DNA of 64,000 bases from Alphaproteobacteria bacterium. GTDB taxonomy: Bacteria > Pseudomonadota > Alphaproteobacteria > Micropepsales > Micropepsaceae. Numbering within the stretch: position 1 is the stretch's first letter; each line of letters opens with the position of its first letter. The stretch is from positions 8,194 through 72,193 of the forward strand of contig JABFRX010000097.1 in the NCBI GenBank assembly GCA_013140995.1, in the 5' to 3' direction. Under the pieces are notes generated by a model, which worked only from the letters and a program-made list of their open reading frames with translations, had not been told where the DNA came from and did no database searches. The position numbers and the translations under genes were made by a program. Below, one piece after another: positions 38,194 to 47,944 of the stretch.

Positions 38194-39063
38194 ATGGTCA
38201 CGACCGTCACGCGATTTGCGCCCTCGCCCACCGGGTACTTGCATTTGGGACATGCGTTTGCGGCGCTATACGCAGCGGATTTGGCGTTCGAGTCGGGCGG
38301 GCGGTTCCTCGTGCGGATCGAGGATACGGATCGCACGCGGGCACGGCCTGAGTACGAAGCGGCGATCTTCGAGGATTTGGGGTGGCTGGGCCTTACCTGG
38401 GAGGCACCCGTCCGGCGGCAGTCGGAACACTTCGGCGACTATGCGAAGGCGCTCGACGCGTTGAAGGCTTTGGGCTGCGCCTATCCGTGTTTCTGTACGC
38501 GCAAGGAAATCGAGGCGGAGTTTGCCGCGAGCGTGAACGCGCCGCATGGGCCGGACGGTCCGATCTATCCGGGAACGTGCCGCGCGTTGTCAAAGGCCGA
38601 GCGTGAGCAGCGTTTGGCACACGGCGATAAGCATGCGTGGCGGCTTGATGTGGCGAAGGCTGTTGTTATGGTCGGTGCGCGGCTCTCGTTTGAAGAGTTG
38701 GGCAACGGCGCGAACGGCGAACGCGGAACAATTGCCGTGAATACGGATTTGTTCGGCGACTTCGTATTGGCGCGCAAGGATGCACCTTCGAGTTATCACC
38801 TAGCCGTCGTTGTCGACGATGCATTGCAGGGGGTGACGTTGGTGACGCGAGGGAACGATTTGTTCGCCGCGGTGCATGTGCATCGATTGTTGCAAGAGTT
38901 GTTGAAGCTGCCGGTGCCTGCTTATTCGCATCACCGGTTGATTTTGGACGCGAGCGGCAAGCGGCTCGCGAAGCGCGATCAGGCGACGACGCTGAAACAC
39001 TTGCGCGCGGACGGTTGGACGTCCGCGCGGGTTCGCGAAGCCTTGGGGCTTACCAGTCGTTGA
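38194..39063 (+). CDS. gluQ: tRNA glutamyl-Q(34) synthetase (GluQRS)
   Basis: TRFAPSPTGYLHLGHAF (HIGH), Zn-site Cys (CFCTRKE...YPGTC), DFVLARKD and YHLAVVVDD. Truncated GluRS-like size of 289 aa. Confidence 0.9.
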   Translation: MVTTVTRFAPSPTGYLHLGHAFAALYAADLAFESGGRFLVRIEDTDRTRARPEYEAAIFEDLGWLGLTWEAPVRRQSEHFGDYAKALDALKALGCAYPCFCTRKEIEAEFAASVNAPHGPDGPIYPGTCRALSKAEREQRLAHGDKHAWRLDVAKAVVMVGARLSFEELGNGANGERGTIAVNTDLFGDFVLARKDAPSSYHLAVVVDDALQGVTLVTRGNDLFAAVHVHRLLQELLKLPVPAYSHHRLILDASGKRLAKRDQATTLKHLRADGWTSARVREALGLTSR

Positions 39064-39763
39064 GGCCGACGAAGCGGCGGAAGCCGGCCGACTGCGACCA
39101 GAACTGCCATTCGCCGAAGAGTCGCTCGGTATCGCCCGGCGAGTTCAGGCCGCGGCCGATGCCGAGGATCATCAGTTCCTCGCAGCCAGGGAACGGTGCC
39201 GATAGTGGCGCCGGCAGCGTCGCCGTGCGGCGCGAGAGTCTGGCGACTTGCGAGTCTTCGACGCCATCGCTTGCCAGGATGACGTGCACCGGCATGGCGC
39301 GGCAGTCGACACTGCGCGAGATATTCATCAGGAACGGGACGATGTTCGTCGAGTTCTGGACTTGGACACGGCCGTCGCGGACCATCTTCGGCAGACCGCC
39401 GATGACGCCGCCGACAAGACGGGCAATGTCCTCCGCGCGGGCTGTCTTTGGCGCGATCACGATATCGAGCGAGAGCTTGTTGTTTGCCGCGGCGTTGTAG
39501 GCGCCGAACGATCGCAGCAGGACGCGCGAGCGCGGCGGCAGGTTTGTGATCATCGGCGCGATGCGCGCGGCGACGCGGCCCGCGAAGCCGTCGTCCCGGA
39601 TCAACGGATTCGACGACGACAAATCGATGCCGATGACGATCGTTTGCGGCGGGTTCGCCGGCGGCGCGTAGCTGGCAGAGGCGCTGCCGTTCCATGCGAG
39701 GAGGGCTATGCCACCGACGAATGCGAAGGCGGGCAGCAACAACAAGGTGCGGAAGATGGCCAT
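39050..39763 (-). CDS. Secreted vWA-like protein with a DxSxS MIDAS motif (hypothetical)
   Basis: Signal peptide MAIFRTLLLLPAFAFVGGIALLA. IVIGIDLSSSNP (D-x-S-x-S), then a later ILASDGVED. GAGGGA Shine-Dalgarno before ATG 39763. Convergent 14-nt overlap with gluQ. Confidence 0.55.
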   Translation of the reverse strand: MAIFRTLLLLPAFAFVGGIALLAWNGSASASYAPPANPPQTIVIGIDLSSSNPLIRDDGFAGRVAARIAPMITNLPPRSRVLLRSFGAYNAAANNKLSLDIVIAPKTARAEDIARLVGGVIGGLPKMVRDGRVQVQNSTNIVPFLMNISRSVDCRAMPVHVILASDGVEDSQVARLSRRTATLPAPLSAPFPGCEELMILGIGRGLNSPGDTERLFGEWQFWSQSAGFRRFVGLNDW

Positions 39764-39774
39764 GTTTTTGTCCC

Positions 39775-40824
39775 TCAAGCCGACGCGACTTTGCGCGGGC
39801 GATGTGCGCTCAAGTCTTCGACGTTATCGCTGGAGCCGCCGAACGAGAAACTAACGCTCACTTCGTCCGCCGCGGCGTTCGCCTTTCGAAGCAGATAGCC
39901 GCGGCGCGAGCTGCCATAGCGTCCGGCGACCACGCCTTCGGTGTAGTGTGTGATGAATTCGGCGAGTTTTGCCTCCTTGAAGCCTTCGGCGTCAGCTTCT
40001 AGGTGCTTCAGGTCGAGTTGGGCTTGGCGCAGGTCGTCACGGACCCGGTTGCCACGCACGGCTTCTGAATGGTTGTCGTAGAGCGCGCCTCCCGTGATAC
40101 CCGTGAAGCCGCGCATCGCCGAATGCAAGGCCATGGCACCGATCGAGGCGACGACCAGAAAGATCGCGCCCAGTGAGAACAGCCAGACGAATACTTCGTA
40201 TTTCTTCAGGATTTTGACTTCGGCTGGCAAAGAGGCGGCACGTGGCGGCTTTACGCCGAGGCCCTTCAAGAAATTGTCGACCGATTGCGCGGAGCTGTTG
40301 ACGTCAAAGCCGAAGACTTTCGCGCCTTCGGGCAGGCTGTTGTTCGCCCACAAAAGGCCAATGCCCATGATCATGAACGCCGTCACCGCAAATATGAACA
40401 GCGAATAGACGATCCGGCCGCCGTGGCCGATATTGGTGATCAGGTAGTGTATGGCCAGCGTCGCGAACATCACCTGCAATGATTTCGCGGCCACGGTGTT
40501 CGCCATGGCCGGTGGGACTTCGCCGAATTCGTTGGAAAGCGCGCGCGTCCAAAACTCATGGATGATGTTGTAGTCGACGAACAGCGCGGTCAGAAAGACG
40601 CCAAGCCCCAAGAGCACACCTAGGCCATGGTGTAGGGTTGCACCTGAGCCCGAAACACGGCGCTTCAGATTTTCATAACGGAGCTGGAGGCCGTTCTTTG
40701 TGTGCGCGCCAAGCCAGGTGCGCACCAGTGTCGTCGTCACCTCGACGCCCTTGTGGCCCCAATTGTACGCGCGGCCCGTCGGACTCTGGTTGAGATCGTG
40801 CTTCGACGTGCCGAGCTTTGCCAT
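39775..40824 (-). CDS. Hypothetical multi-pass membrane protein with a coiled-coil-like C-terminus
   Basis: About 4 hydrophobic helices (GLGVLLGLGVFLTALFV, IVYSLFIFAVTAFMIMGIGLLW, VFVWLFSLGAIFLVVASIGAMAL). Its stop lies 11 nt before the vWA-like start. No family recognised. Confidence 0.5.
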   Translation of the reverse strand: MAKLGTSKHDLNQSPTGRAYNWGHKGVEVTTTLVRTWLGAHTKNGLQLRYENLKRRVSGSGATLHHGLGVLLGLGVFLTALFVDYNIIHEFWTRALSNEFGEVPPAMANTVAAKSLQVMFATLAIHYLITNIGHGGRIVYSLFIFAVTAFMIMGIGLLWANNSLPEGAKVFGFDVNSSAQSVDNFLKGLGVKPPRAASLPAEVKILKKYEVFVWLFSLGAIFLVVASIGAMALHSAMRGFTGITGGALYDNHSEAVRGNRVRDDLRQAQLDLKHLEADAEGFKEAKLAEFITHYTEGVVAGRYGSSRRGYLLRKANAAADEVSVSFSFGGSSDNVEDLSAHRPRKVASA

Positions 40825-41283
40825 TGAGCTTCCCCTAGTGATCAGCCATGCGGGCAACTTGTTTCAAGGTTACTGATGAACATCGGATTGTGCTCAAACT
40901 TGGGCAGCGCTGCCGCGACCCCGTCGCGATGCGCTGGCGTCTGCGCGAGGTTTGCGCGTGATCCACCAATTGTTGCAGAGCTGATGACGGCGGAAGGCCC
41001 GGCGAACTCAGAGACCGAATTCGCGTATTTGCGCGTGTCGATAGCGATTTCATTGATTCATACTGCATAGAGTGCGAACCGCACGCGATGAACGCGGCTC
41101 GTTTCCGACGCTACGATTGTGATCAAATTGCGGCGAGATGCTGGCGGAAAAAATATCGGAACCTTCTCAATTGTGGCGACGACGCTCAACCCTCAAAGGG
41201 GGGCGTCGCCAGAATTTTGCCACACTTTGACGACCGTGCCCCCGGATCGCTAGGGTCGAAGCCTACTCTCTTGAAGGTGATCG

Positions 41284-42834
41284 ATGGCGGAATCTGGGGT
41301 TGCGCAGGAAAAGCCGAGCCGATTGTTGCGTGCGTTGAACACGATCGAACGGGTCGGCAATAAGCTGCCCGATCCGGTGTCGCTGTTCATAATTTCCATT
41401 CTGATCGTGATGGTGTTGTCGGCGCTGATCGAGGGCATGATCGCCGTCAACCCCGCAACCGGCGCCGAGGTGACTGCCGTTAGCCTGCTGGACGCGGCGC
41501 AGATCCGGAAGCTGTTCGTCGAGCTGCCGCAGACGCTGACCAGCTTTCCGCCGCTCGGCATCGTGCTGGTGGTGATCATCGGGTCGGGGCTCGCCGAGCG
41601 CTCTGGGTTCTTTGCAGCGGCGCTGAAAGGCCTCGTGCGGGCGGTGCCGAAGCCGTTGATGACGCTCACCATTGTGTTTGCGGGCGTGCAGGCGAACATT
41701 GCGTCAGACGCGGGGTATGTGGTGCTCATTCCGTTGGCCGCTGTGGTGTTTGCATCGGCGGGGCGGCATCCGGTGGCCGGACTTTCCGCGGCTTTTGCGG
41801 GCGTTGCGGGCGGGTTTGCGGCCAATTTCGCGATCACGCCGGGCGACGGGATTCTCTCCGGCATGACGCAAGCGGCGGCCGCCCTGATCGACAAGGACTA
41901 CAAGGTCGAGATCACGGCGAACTGGTACTTCTTGTCGGCGCTGGTGCCGATGTACACGATCGTCGGCACGCTCGTTTGCGAACGGATCGTCGAGCCGCGG
42001 TTGAACGCGGGCGTTCCGTGGACGCATGTAGCGCCTCCGCCGCCCGATAAAGATCAAGACGCGCGAGAAACGCGCGGGTTGCGTTATGCGGGGATCGGGT
42101 TTCTGCTCGTCGTAGCGTTGATCGCGTGGCTCGCGTGGAGCCCGGGTGCGCCTTTGCGCGGCGACGACGGCGCGTTCGAGCCATTGTTCAAGTCTATGGT
42201 CGCGATCATGTTCCTGGTGTTCCTCGCCTGCGGGCTCGGGTACGGCGTCGGGTCGGGAACCGTCAAATCGGATAAGGACGCGGTGTCGCTCGCCAGTAAG
42301 GGCGTCGGCGAGATCAGTTCGTATCTCGTGCTCGTGTTCTTTGCGTCGATTTTCGTCGCTTTGTTCACGTGGTCGAACATGGGGACGCTGCTTGCGATTG
42401 GCGGGGCGCAGACGCTGAAAGGCGCGGGGCTCGACGGCGCGCCGGTGCTGCTTCTCTTCAGCGTGATCCTGCTTGCGATGGCGTGCGACATGCTGATCGG
42501 CAGCGCGTCAGCGAAGTGGGCGATCCTGTCGCCGATTTTGGTGCCGATGTTCATGCTGCTCGGCATCGCGCCGGAGGCGACACAGGCGGCCTATCGCGTG
42601 GGCGATTCCACGACGAACATGATCACGCCGTTCATGAGCTATTTCCCGCTCATCCTGGTGATGGCACGCAAGTACATGCCGGACTACGGGATCGGGTCGA
42701 TGGTGGCGCTGATGCTGCCCTATACGGTCGCGTTCTTCTTAGGTTCAGGCGCGTTCTTCGTCGGGTGGTACCTGCTCGGCCTGCCGTTCGGGCCGGGCGT
42801 GGAGAGCGTGTACGTGCCGGGCAAGTCGCTATGA
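41284..42834 (+). CDS. AbgT family transporter (p-aminobenzoyl-glutamate / antimetabolite transporter family)
   Basis: N-terminal LLRALNTIERVGNKLPDPVSLFI characteristic of AbgT/MtrF/YdaH; polytopic; 516 aa. Confidence 0.85.
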   Translation: MAESGVAQEKPSRLLRALNTIERVGNKLPDPVSLFIISILIVMVLSALIEGMIAVNPATGAEVTAVSLLDAAQIRKLFVELPQTLTSFPPLGIVLVVIIGSGLAERSGFFAAALKGLVRAVPKPLMTLTIVFAGVQANIASDAGYVVLIPLAAVVFASAGRHPVAGLSAAFAGVAGGFAANFAITPGDGILSGMTQAAAALIDKDYKVEITANWYFLSALVPMYTIVGTLVCERIVEPRLNAGVPWTHVAPPPPDKDQDARETRGLRYAGIGFLLVVALIAWLAWSPGAPLRGDDGAFEPLFKSMVAIMFLVFLACGLGYGVGSGTVKSDKDAVSLASKGVGEISSYLVLVFFASIFVALFTWSNMGTLLAIGGAQTLKGAGLDGAPVLLLFSVILLAMACDMLIGSASAKWAILSPILVPMFMLLGIAPEATQAAYRVGDSTTNMITPFMSYFPLILVMARKYMPDYGIGSMVALMLPYTVAFFLGSGAFFVGWYLLGLPFGPGVESVYVPGKSL

Positions 42835-44796
42835 CGCTGACGCGACGCTCATCGTGAGCATATCGCCCATGATGGCGTTCAGGTCGAAGTCCTTGGGCGT
42901 GTAGATGCGGGCGACGCCGAGCGCCTTCAAGTCGGCTTCGTCTTCGGGGGGGACGATGCCGCCGACGATCACCGGCGTTTTCGTGATGCCTGCCGCTTTC
43001 AGTTCGCGCATGACTTCGGCGACGAGTTCTTTGTGGCTGCCCGAGAGGATCGAGAGGCCGATGACGTGGGGTTTCTTTTCTTTCGCGGCCTTGGCGATCT
43101 CGGCGGGCGTCAGGCGGATGCCGTCGTAGACGACGGTGAAGCCGCAATCGCGGGCGCGGTAGGCGATTTGTTCGGCGCCGTTCGAGTGGCCGTCGAGTCC
43201 GGGTTTTGCCATCAAGAGCGACGGCGCACGGCCGAGCTTTAACGCGGCAGCTTTCGCCTTTTCGCGCAATGCACCGATCGCCTCATCGTTCGAGAGGCGC
43301 GGGCTTGCGGCGACGCCGGTGGGCGCGCGGAACTCGCCGAACGCCTGGCGCAGCGTGCCGGCCCATTCGCCGGTCGTGACACCGGCTTTGGCGCAGGCGA
43401 TCGAGGGTTCCATGATGTTGCGGCCGCTGGTGGCTGCTCCGCGGAGGGATTCGAGCGTTGCGGCGACGGCCTTTGCGTCGCGCTGCTTGCGCCACGCGTT
43501 CAGGCGTTCGATCTGGTCGCGTTCGGCGGAAGCGTCGACAGTGACGACAGCGGATGAGCCACCCATGAGACCGGGTTCGGCCGAGTCCTTGTAGGCGTTC
43601 ACGCCGACCACGGTTTGGTCGCCTGACTCGATCGCGGCGACGCGGGCGGCGTTCGATTCGACGAGGCGTTCTTTGATGTAGCCGGTTTCGACTGCCTTGA
43701 TTGCGCCACCGAGTTGGTCGATGTGCGCGAGTTCGGCGAGCGCCTCGCGTTTCAACTCCTTGACCTTCGCTTCGATCACGGGCGAACCGTCGAACAGGTC
43801 GCCGTATTCGAGGAGATCGGTTTCGAGCGCCAAGATTTGTTGCGCGCGGAGCGACCATTGCTGGTCCCACGGACGCGGCAGCCCTAGCGCTTCGTTCCAG
43901 GCGGGGAGTTGCACTGAGCGGGCACGGGCGTTCTTGGACAGCGTCACCGCCAGCATTTCGAGCAGGATGCGGTAGACGTTGTTCTCCGGCTGCTGTTCGG
44001 TGAGGCCTAGCGAGTTCACCTGCACGCCATAGCGAAACAGCAGGTCCTTCTCGTTCGTTACGCCGTAACGCTTGCGGCCGACCTCGTCCCAGAGTTCGGT
44101 GAAGGCGCGCATCTTGCACACCTCTGTCACGAAGCGGATGCCGGCGTTGACGAAGAAGGAGATGCGGCCGAAGACGCGGCCTAGATCGGCATCGGGGACT
44201 TGGCCGCTTTTCTTCACCTCGTCGAGGATCGCGGTTGCGGCGGCGAGTGCGTAGGCGAGTTCCTGTACCGGCGTCGCGCCCGCTTCCTGCAGATGATAGG
44301 AGCAAACGTTGACGGGGTTCCACTTCGGCAGTTCGCGGTAGGTGAACGCGATCGTGTCGGCGGTGAGGTTCAGCGACGGCTTCGGCGGGAAGATGTAGGT
44401 GCCGCGCGCTAGGTACTCTTTGATGATGTCGTTCTGCGTCGTGCCCTGCAAATCTTTGCGGGCGACGCCCTGTTCGTCAGCGACGGCGATGTAGAGCGCG
44501 AGCAGCCAAGGTGCTGTCGCGTTGATCGTCATCGACGTGTTCATCGTCTGGAGCGGGATGCCGTCGAACAGCGTTCGCATGTCGCCCAGGTGCGCGACAG
44601 GCACGCCGACCTTTCCGACTTCACCTTTGGCTTTGGGATCGTCGCTGTCGTATCCGGTCTGCGTCGGCAGGTCGAAGGCGACGGAGAGGCCGGTTTGGCC
44701 GCGCGAGAGGTTCTGGCGATAGAGCGCGTTCGACGCCATCGCGGTCGAATGACCCGCGTAGGTGCGGAAAATCCAAGGTTTGTCGCGCATGCTCAT
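42829..44796 (-). CDS. ecm: Fused B12-dependent acyl-CoA mutase, probably ethylmalonyl-CoA mutase
   Basis: KPWIFRTYAGHSTAMASNALYRQNLSRGQTGLSVAFDLPTQTGYDSD (MeaA/Ecm-like N-terminus). C-terminal B12 domain with GLDGHSNGAEQ (DxHxxG). Context includes ccr and mcd. Confidence 0.75.
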   Translation of the reverse strand: MSMRDKPWIFRTYAGHSTAMASNALYRQNLSRGQTGLSVAFDLPTQTGYDSDDPKAKGEVGKVGVPVAHLGDMRTLFDGIPLQTMNTSMTINATAPWLLALYIAVADEQGVARKDLQGTTQNDIIKEYLARGTYIFPPKPSLNLTADTIAFTYRELPKWNPVNVCSYHLQEAGATPVQELAYALAAATAILDEVKKSGQVPDADLGRVFGRISFFVNAGIRFVTEVCKMRAFTELWDEVGRKRYGVTNEKDLLFRYGVQVNSLGLTEQQPENNVYRILLEMLAVTLSKNARARSVQLPAWNEALGLPRPWDQQWSLRAQQILALETDLLEYGDLFDGSPVIEAKVKELKREALAELAHIDQLGGAIKAVETGYIKERLVESNAARVAAIESGDQTVVGVNAYKDSAEPGLMGGSSAVVTVDASAERDQIERLNAWRKQRDAKAVAATLESLRGAATSGRNIMEPSIACAKAGVTTGEWAGTLRQAFGEFRAPTGVAASPRLSNDEAIGALREKAKAAALKLGRAPSLLMAKPGLDGHSNGAEQIAYRARDCGFTVVYDGIRLTPAEIAKAAKEKKPHVIGLSILSGSHKELVAEVMRELKAAGITKTPVIVGGIVPPEDEADLKALGVARIYTPKDFDLNAIMGDMLTMSVASAS

Positions 44797-44853
44797 CGCC
44801 CTCGCTGCGGTGCAGCAAGGGCGATCTAGCAGGAGACACGGGCGGCCTGCAAA

Positions 44854-45372
44854 TCAGGTGCCGCGGATCCAGCGGACATTGGGGTCGTTGAAGTTCACCA
44901 CGTCGCCGAGTTCGTAGACGTTTTTGTAGCCGTAACCGTAGAGGTTGATGAACGTTTGGATGTTCAGTGCGAGCTGCACACTTTTCATCATGACGGGCGG
45001 CGCGTTGTTTTCGAAGTTGTTGTTGCAGTAGATCAGGATACGCGTGTTCGGGTTCTTGATCGCGGCGGCGAGGGCGGGTGCGGTGAAATCGGTGAGGCTC
45101 ACGTTGATCGCGCCTGCGATGTGACCTTGGCGGTAAGCCTCCGCCGACCGTGCGTCCAGGATGATCGTGTTCGGTTCGCGCGCCATCGTTTGGAATTGCG
45201 CTAGGGTGACCAGGCGGTTCGCGCGGTAGATGCGTACTTCTTGCGACAGATTCTGGAAGCCTACGAAGTCGATTTGGCCGCCGGTGGTGGCTGTGGGTTT
45301 CGGGGCTGCGATCGCGAAGGTCATGAAACCTGCGCTCAGCAAGGCGAGAGAAAGAACGACGATGCGTTTCAT
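44854..45372 (-). CDS. Secreted rhodanese-like domain protein
   Basis: Signal peptide; ILDARSAEAYRQGHIAGAINV; active-site-loop region ILIYCNNN. Confidence 0.7.
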   Translation of the reverse strand: MKRIVVLSLALLSAGFMTFAIAAPKPTATTGGQIDFVGFQNLSQEVRIYRANRLVTLAQFQTMAREPNTIILDARSAEAYRQGHIAGAINVSLTDFTAPALAAAIKNPNTRILIYCNNNFENNAPPVMMKSVQLALNIQTFINLYGYGYKNVYELGDVVNFNDPNVRWIRGT

Positions 45373-45549
45373 GGGCTTTCCTCTAAGGTCCGACCTTCAA
45401 CAGACGCCAGGCGTTGGGCGGGATTGAGGCGGCGCTGCGGCGATTTCTGGCACCGGGCATTACGGTTTCGACAGAATACACCGCTCGGGGCGTTGACTGC
45501 GGTGCGGGCTGCCGCTTCATTCGCGGCAATCAACCATCCAGGATCGCTC

Positions 45550-46467
45550 ATGGTTTATCGTACCGTCTTTGCCCTCGTTTCTGCCGTTGCCCTGTCGGCG
45601 TGTGCGACGACCGAAACCGGACCTGTTGTTTCTGGTGCCGCGCCGCGGGCGGATGCGCAGACCGCTTGGGAGGCGTGGAAGGCCGATGAGAACGCGGCGT
45701 GGGCGACGAACGAGTTTGCGATTCTGAAGATCGACGATGCGATTTATCTGAACGAGGGGCAGAGCGCGTGGCTCGAGGCGCGCAAGCAGAAGATGCTGGA
45801 GTACAAGTGGACACTGGGTACACCGCGCGGCCGCCACTTTGTGATCACGTACAAAGACGGCAAAGCCACCGTGCTGAACAACGGCAAGAGCGAGACGTTC
45901 CCGCTTGAGAAGATGCAACGCATAAATCTGGCGCCGGGGACGGACGTGCGCTTTGCACTGACGCAAGTGAATCCGGGCGTGAACGGCTTACGCGTTATGG
46001 TCTATAACCAGGGGCATCCGCTCGCGAAGAACTTCGCTGGGCTGGAGCATTTTCCTTACAATCCGGACGCGGTCGTCGAGGCGACGTTTGAGCCTTCGTC
46101 GAGTGCAGAAGGCGTCGACTTTCAGACATCGCGCGGTTGGCTGAAGCGGATCAATCGCGTTGGCTACGCCTCGTTCACGCTGATGGGCAAACCTGTAAAG
46201 CTTGGCATGTACAGCGACGAGACCGATCCGAAACAGGTGAAGCAGCTCTCGGCCTTCTTTCTCGACGAATTGTCGGGGAAGGAGACCTATGGCGTCGGCC
46301 GCTATCTCGACATCGACGTCAACGGCTTGCCCGCGCGGTTCACCATCGACTTCAACCGCGCGTACAATCCGAATTGCGCACGTTCGCCGCACTACAACTG
46401 CCCCTACGCAACTGAGAAGCTGCCGGTCGCGCTCAGCGCGGGTGAGAAGATTCCGCCGAAACACTAA
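45550..46467 (+). CDS. DUF1684 domain lipoprotein
   Basis: Lipobox AVALSAC. C-terminal GVGRYLDIDVNG...FNRAYNPNCARSPHYNCPYATEKLPVAL..GEK matches the DUF1684 signature. ATG 45550. Confidence 0.75.
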   Translation: MVYRTVFALVSAVALSACATTETGPVVSGAAPRADAQTAWEAWKADENAAWATNEFAILKIDDAIYLNEGQSAWLEARKQKMLEYKWTLGTPRGRHFVITYKDGKATVLNNGKSETFPLEKMQRINLAPGTDVRFALTQVNPGVNGLRVMVYNQGHPLAKNFAGLEHFPYNPDAVVEATFEPSSSAEGVDFQTSRGWLKRINRVGYASFTLMGKPVKLGMYSDETDPKQVKQLSAFFLDELSGKETYGVGRYLDIDVNGLPARFTIDFNRAYNPNCARSPHYNCPYATEKLPVALSAGEKIPPKH

Positions 46468-46645
46468 GTGTTGCGGCGCAGCACGTTTCGGCGAAATCTT
46501 TCGTAACTTGCACGTCGTTTGGTAATATTCTGCGCCATTAACCTGATTTCGTTGGGGATACTTGCGAATCCGCCATATTGCGGTGCACAACGGGGGCGTG
46601 ATATTCGGCCCTCAGAAATCCCCCAAAAGGCGGAGCCTTGAACCA

Positions 46646-47932
46646 ATGTCAGCAGCGGTGGCCACGGTCGTGAAAGATAAGCCCGCCTACAAGGATTTGT
46701 ACGAGATCGGCGAGATTCCGCCGCTCGGCTACGTGCCCTCAAAGATGTACGCGTGGGCGATCCGCAAGGAACGGCACGGCGAGCCCGAGAAGTCGATGCA
46801 GATCGAGGTCGTGCCCACATGGGAACTCGATAGCCACGACGTGCTCGTTCTCGTGATGGCGGCGGGCGTGAACTACAACGGCGTTTGGGCCGGTCTCGGT
46901 ACGCCGATCTCGCCGATCGACGGGCACAAGAATCCGTATCACATCGCGGGCTCCGACGCGTCGGGCATCGTGTGGGCCGTTGGCTCAAAGGTGAAGCGGT
47001 GGAAGGTCGGCGATGAAGTCGTCATCCACTGCAATCAAGACGACGGCGACGACGAAGAGTGCAACGGCGGCGATCCGATGTTCTCCCCGTCGCAGCGTAT
47101 CTGGGGCTACGAGACGCCGGACGGTTCGTTCGCGCAGTTCTGCCGCGTGCAGGACCGCCAGCTGATGGAGCGGCCGAAGCATCTGACGTGGGAAGAATCG
47201 GCTTGTTACACGCTGACGCTGGCCACGACGTACCGCATGTTCTTCGGGCATCGCCCGCACATCTTGCGCCCCGGGCACAATGTGCTCGTGTGGGGCGCGT
47301 CGGGCGGGTTGGGTTCGTTCGCGGTGCAGCTTTGCGCGGTGTCGGGTGCGAATGCAATCGGCATTATCTCGGACGACACGAAGCGCGACTTCGTGATGAG
47401 CTTGGGCGCGAAGGGCGTCATCAACCGCAAGAATTTCAAGTGCTGGGGGGCGATGCCGCAAGTGGGCACGCCTGCTTATGACGAGTGGACCAAGGAAGCG
47501 CGCAAGTTCGGCAAGGCGATTTGGGACATCACCGGCAAGGGTAACGACGTCGACTTCGTGTTCGAGCATCCGGGCGAGGCGACGTTCCCGGTCTCGTGTC
47601 TGGTCGTGAAGCGCGGCGGCATGGTCGTGTTCTGCGCGGGAACCAGCGGCTACAACATCACGTTCGACGCGCGCTATGTGTGGATGCGCCAGAAGCGCAT
47701 TCAGGGGTCGCATTTCGCGAATTTGCAGCAGGCGTCTCAGGCGAACCGCCTTGTCGTCGAGCGGCGCATCGATCCGTGCATGTCGGAGGTGTTCGCCTGG
47801 AACGACATTCCGAAGGCGCACACGAAGATGTGGAAGAACGAGCATTTGCCCGGCAACATGGCCGTGCTGGTGAACGCGGTGAAAACGGGCATGCGGACGT
47901 TCGAGGATGCGGTCGAGGCTGGTAAGCGCTAA
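46646..47932 (+). CDS. ccr: Crotonyl-CoA carboxylase/reductase
   Basis: YEIGEIPPLGYVPSKMYAWAIRKERHGEP...VNYNGVWAGLG...WGYETPDGSFAQF...VLVWGASGGLGS. 428 aa from ATG 46646. Confidence 0.9.
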   Translation: MSAAVATVVKDKPAYKDLYEIGEIPPLGYVPSKMYAWAIRKERHGEPEKSMQIEVVPTWELDSHDVLVLVMAAGVNYNGVWAGLGTPISPIDGHKNPYHIAGSDASGIVWAVGSKVKRWKVGDEVVIHCNQDDGDDEECNGGDPMFSPSQRIWGYETPDGSFAQFCRVQDRQLMERPKHLTWEESACYTLTLATTYRMFFGHRPHILRPGHNVLVWGASGGLGSFAVQLCAVSGANAIGIISDDTKRDFVMSLGAKGVINRKNFKCWGAMPQVGTPAYDEWTKEARKFGKAIWDITGKGNDVDFVFEHPGEATFPVSCLVVKRGGMVVFCAGTSGYNITFDARYVWMRQKRIQGSHFANLQQASQANRLVVERRIDPCMSEVFAWNDIPKAHTKMWKNEHLPGNMAVLVNAVKTGMRTFEDAVEAGKR

Positions 47933-47944
47933 ACATGCGGGGCG

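Noticed and set aside
36718-38253. 511-aa minus-strand ORF spanning the HNH gene and the carboxylesterase region
   Set aside because: Upstream of about 37290 the translation is Arg/Pro/Ala-rich nonsense. That part also overlaps, in another frame, the well-supported esterase gene (37434-38147). Only the HNH portion with its own ribosome-binding site is credible.
40876-41363. Short ORFs 40876-41070 and 41088-41363 in the 426-bp gap upstream of the AbgT-family gene
   Set aside because: They have no ribosome-binding site and implausible composition, and one runs into the AbgT start region. The gap is treated as non-coding, and only the orphan hairpin at 41175-41219 is noted.
46468-46645. Possible promoter TTGCAC...TAATAT upstream of ccr
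   Set aside because: The spacing between the two hexamers is only about 9 nt, which is incompatible with a sigma-70 promoter. No convincing alternative was seen.
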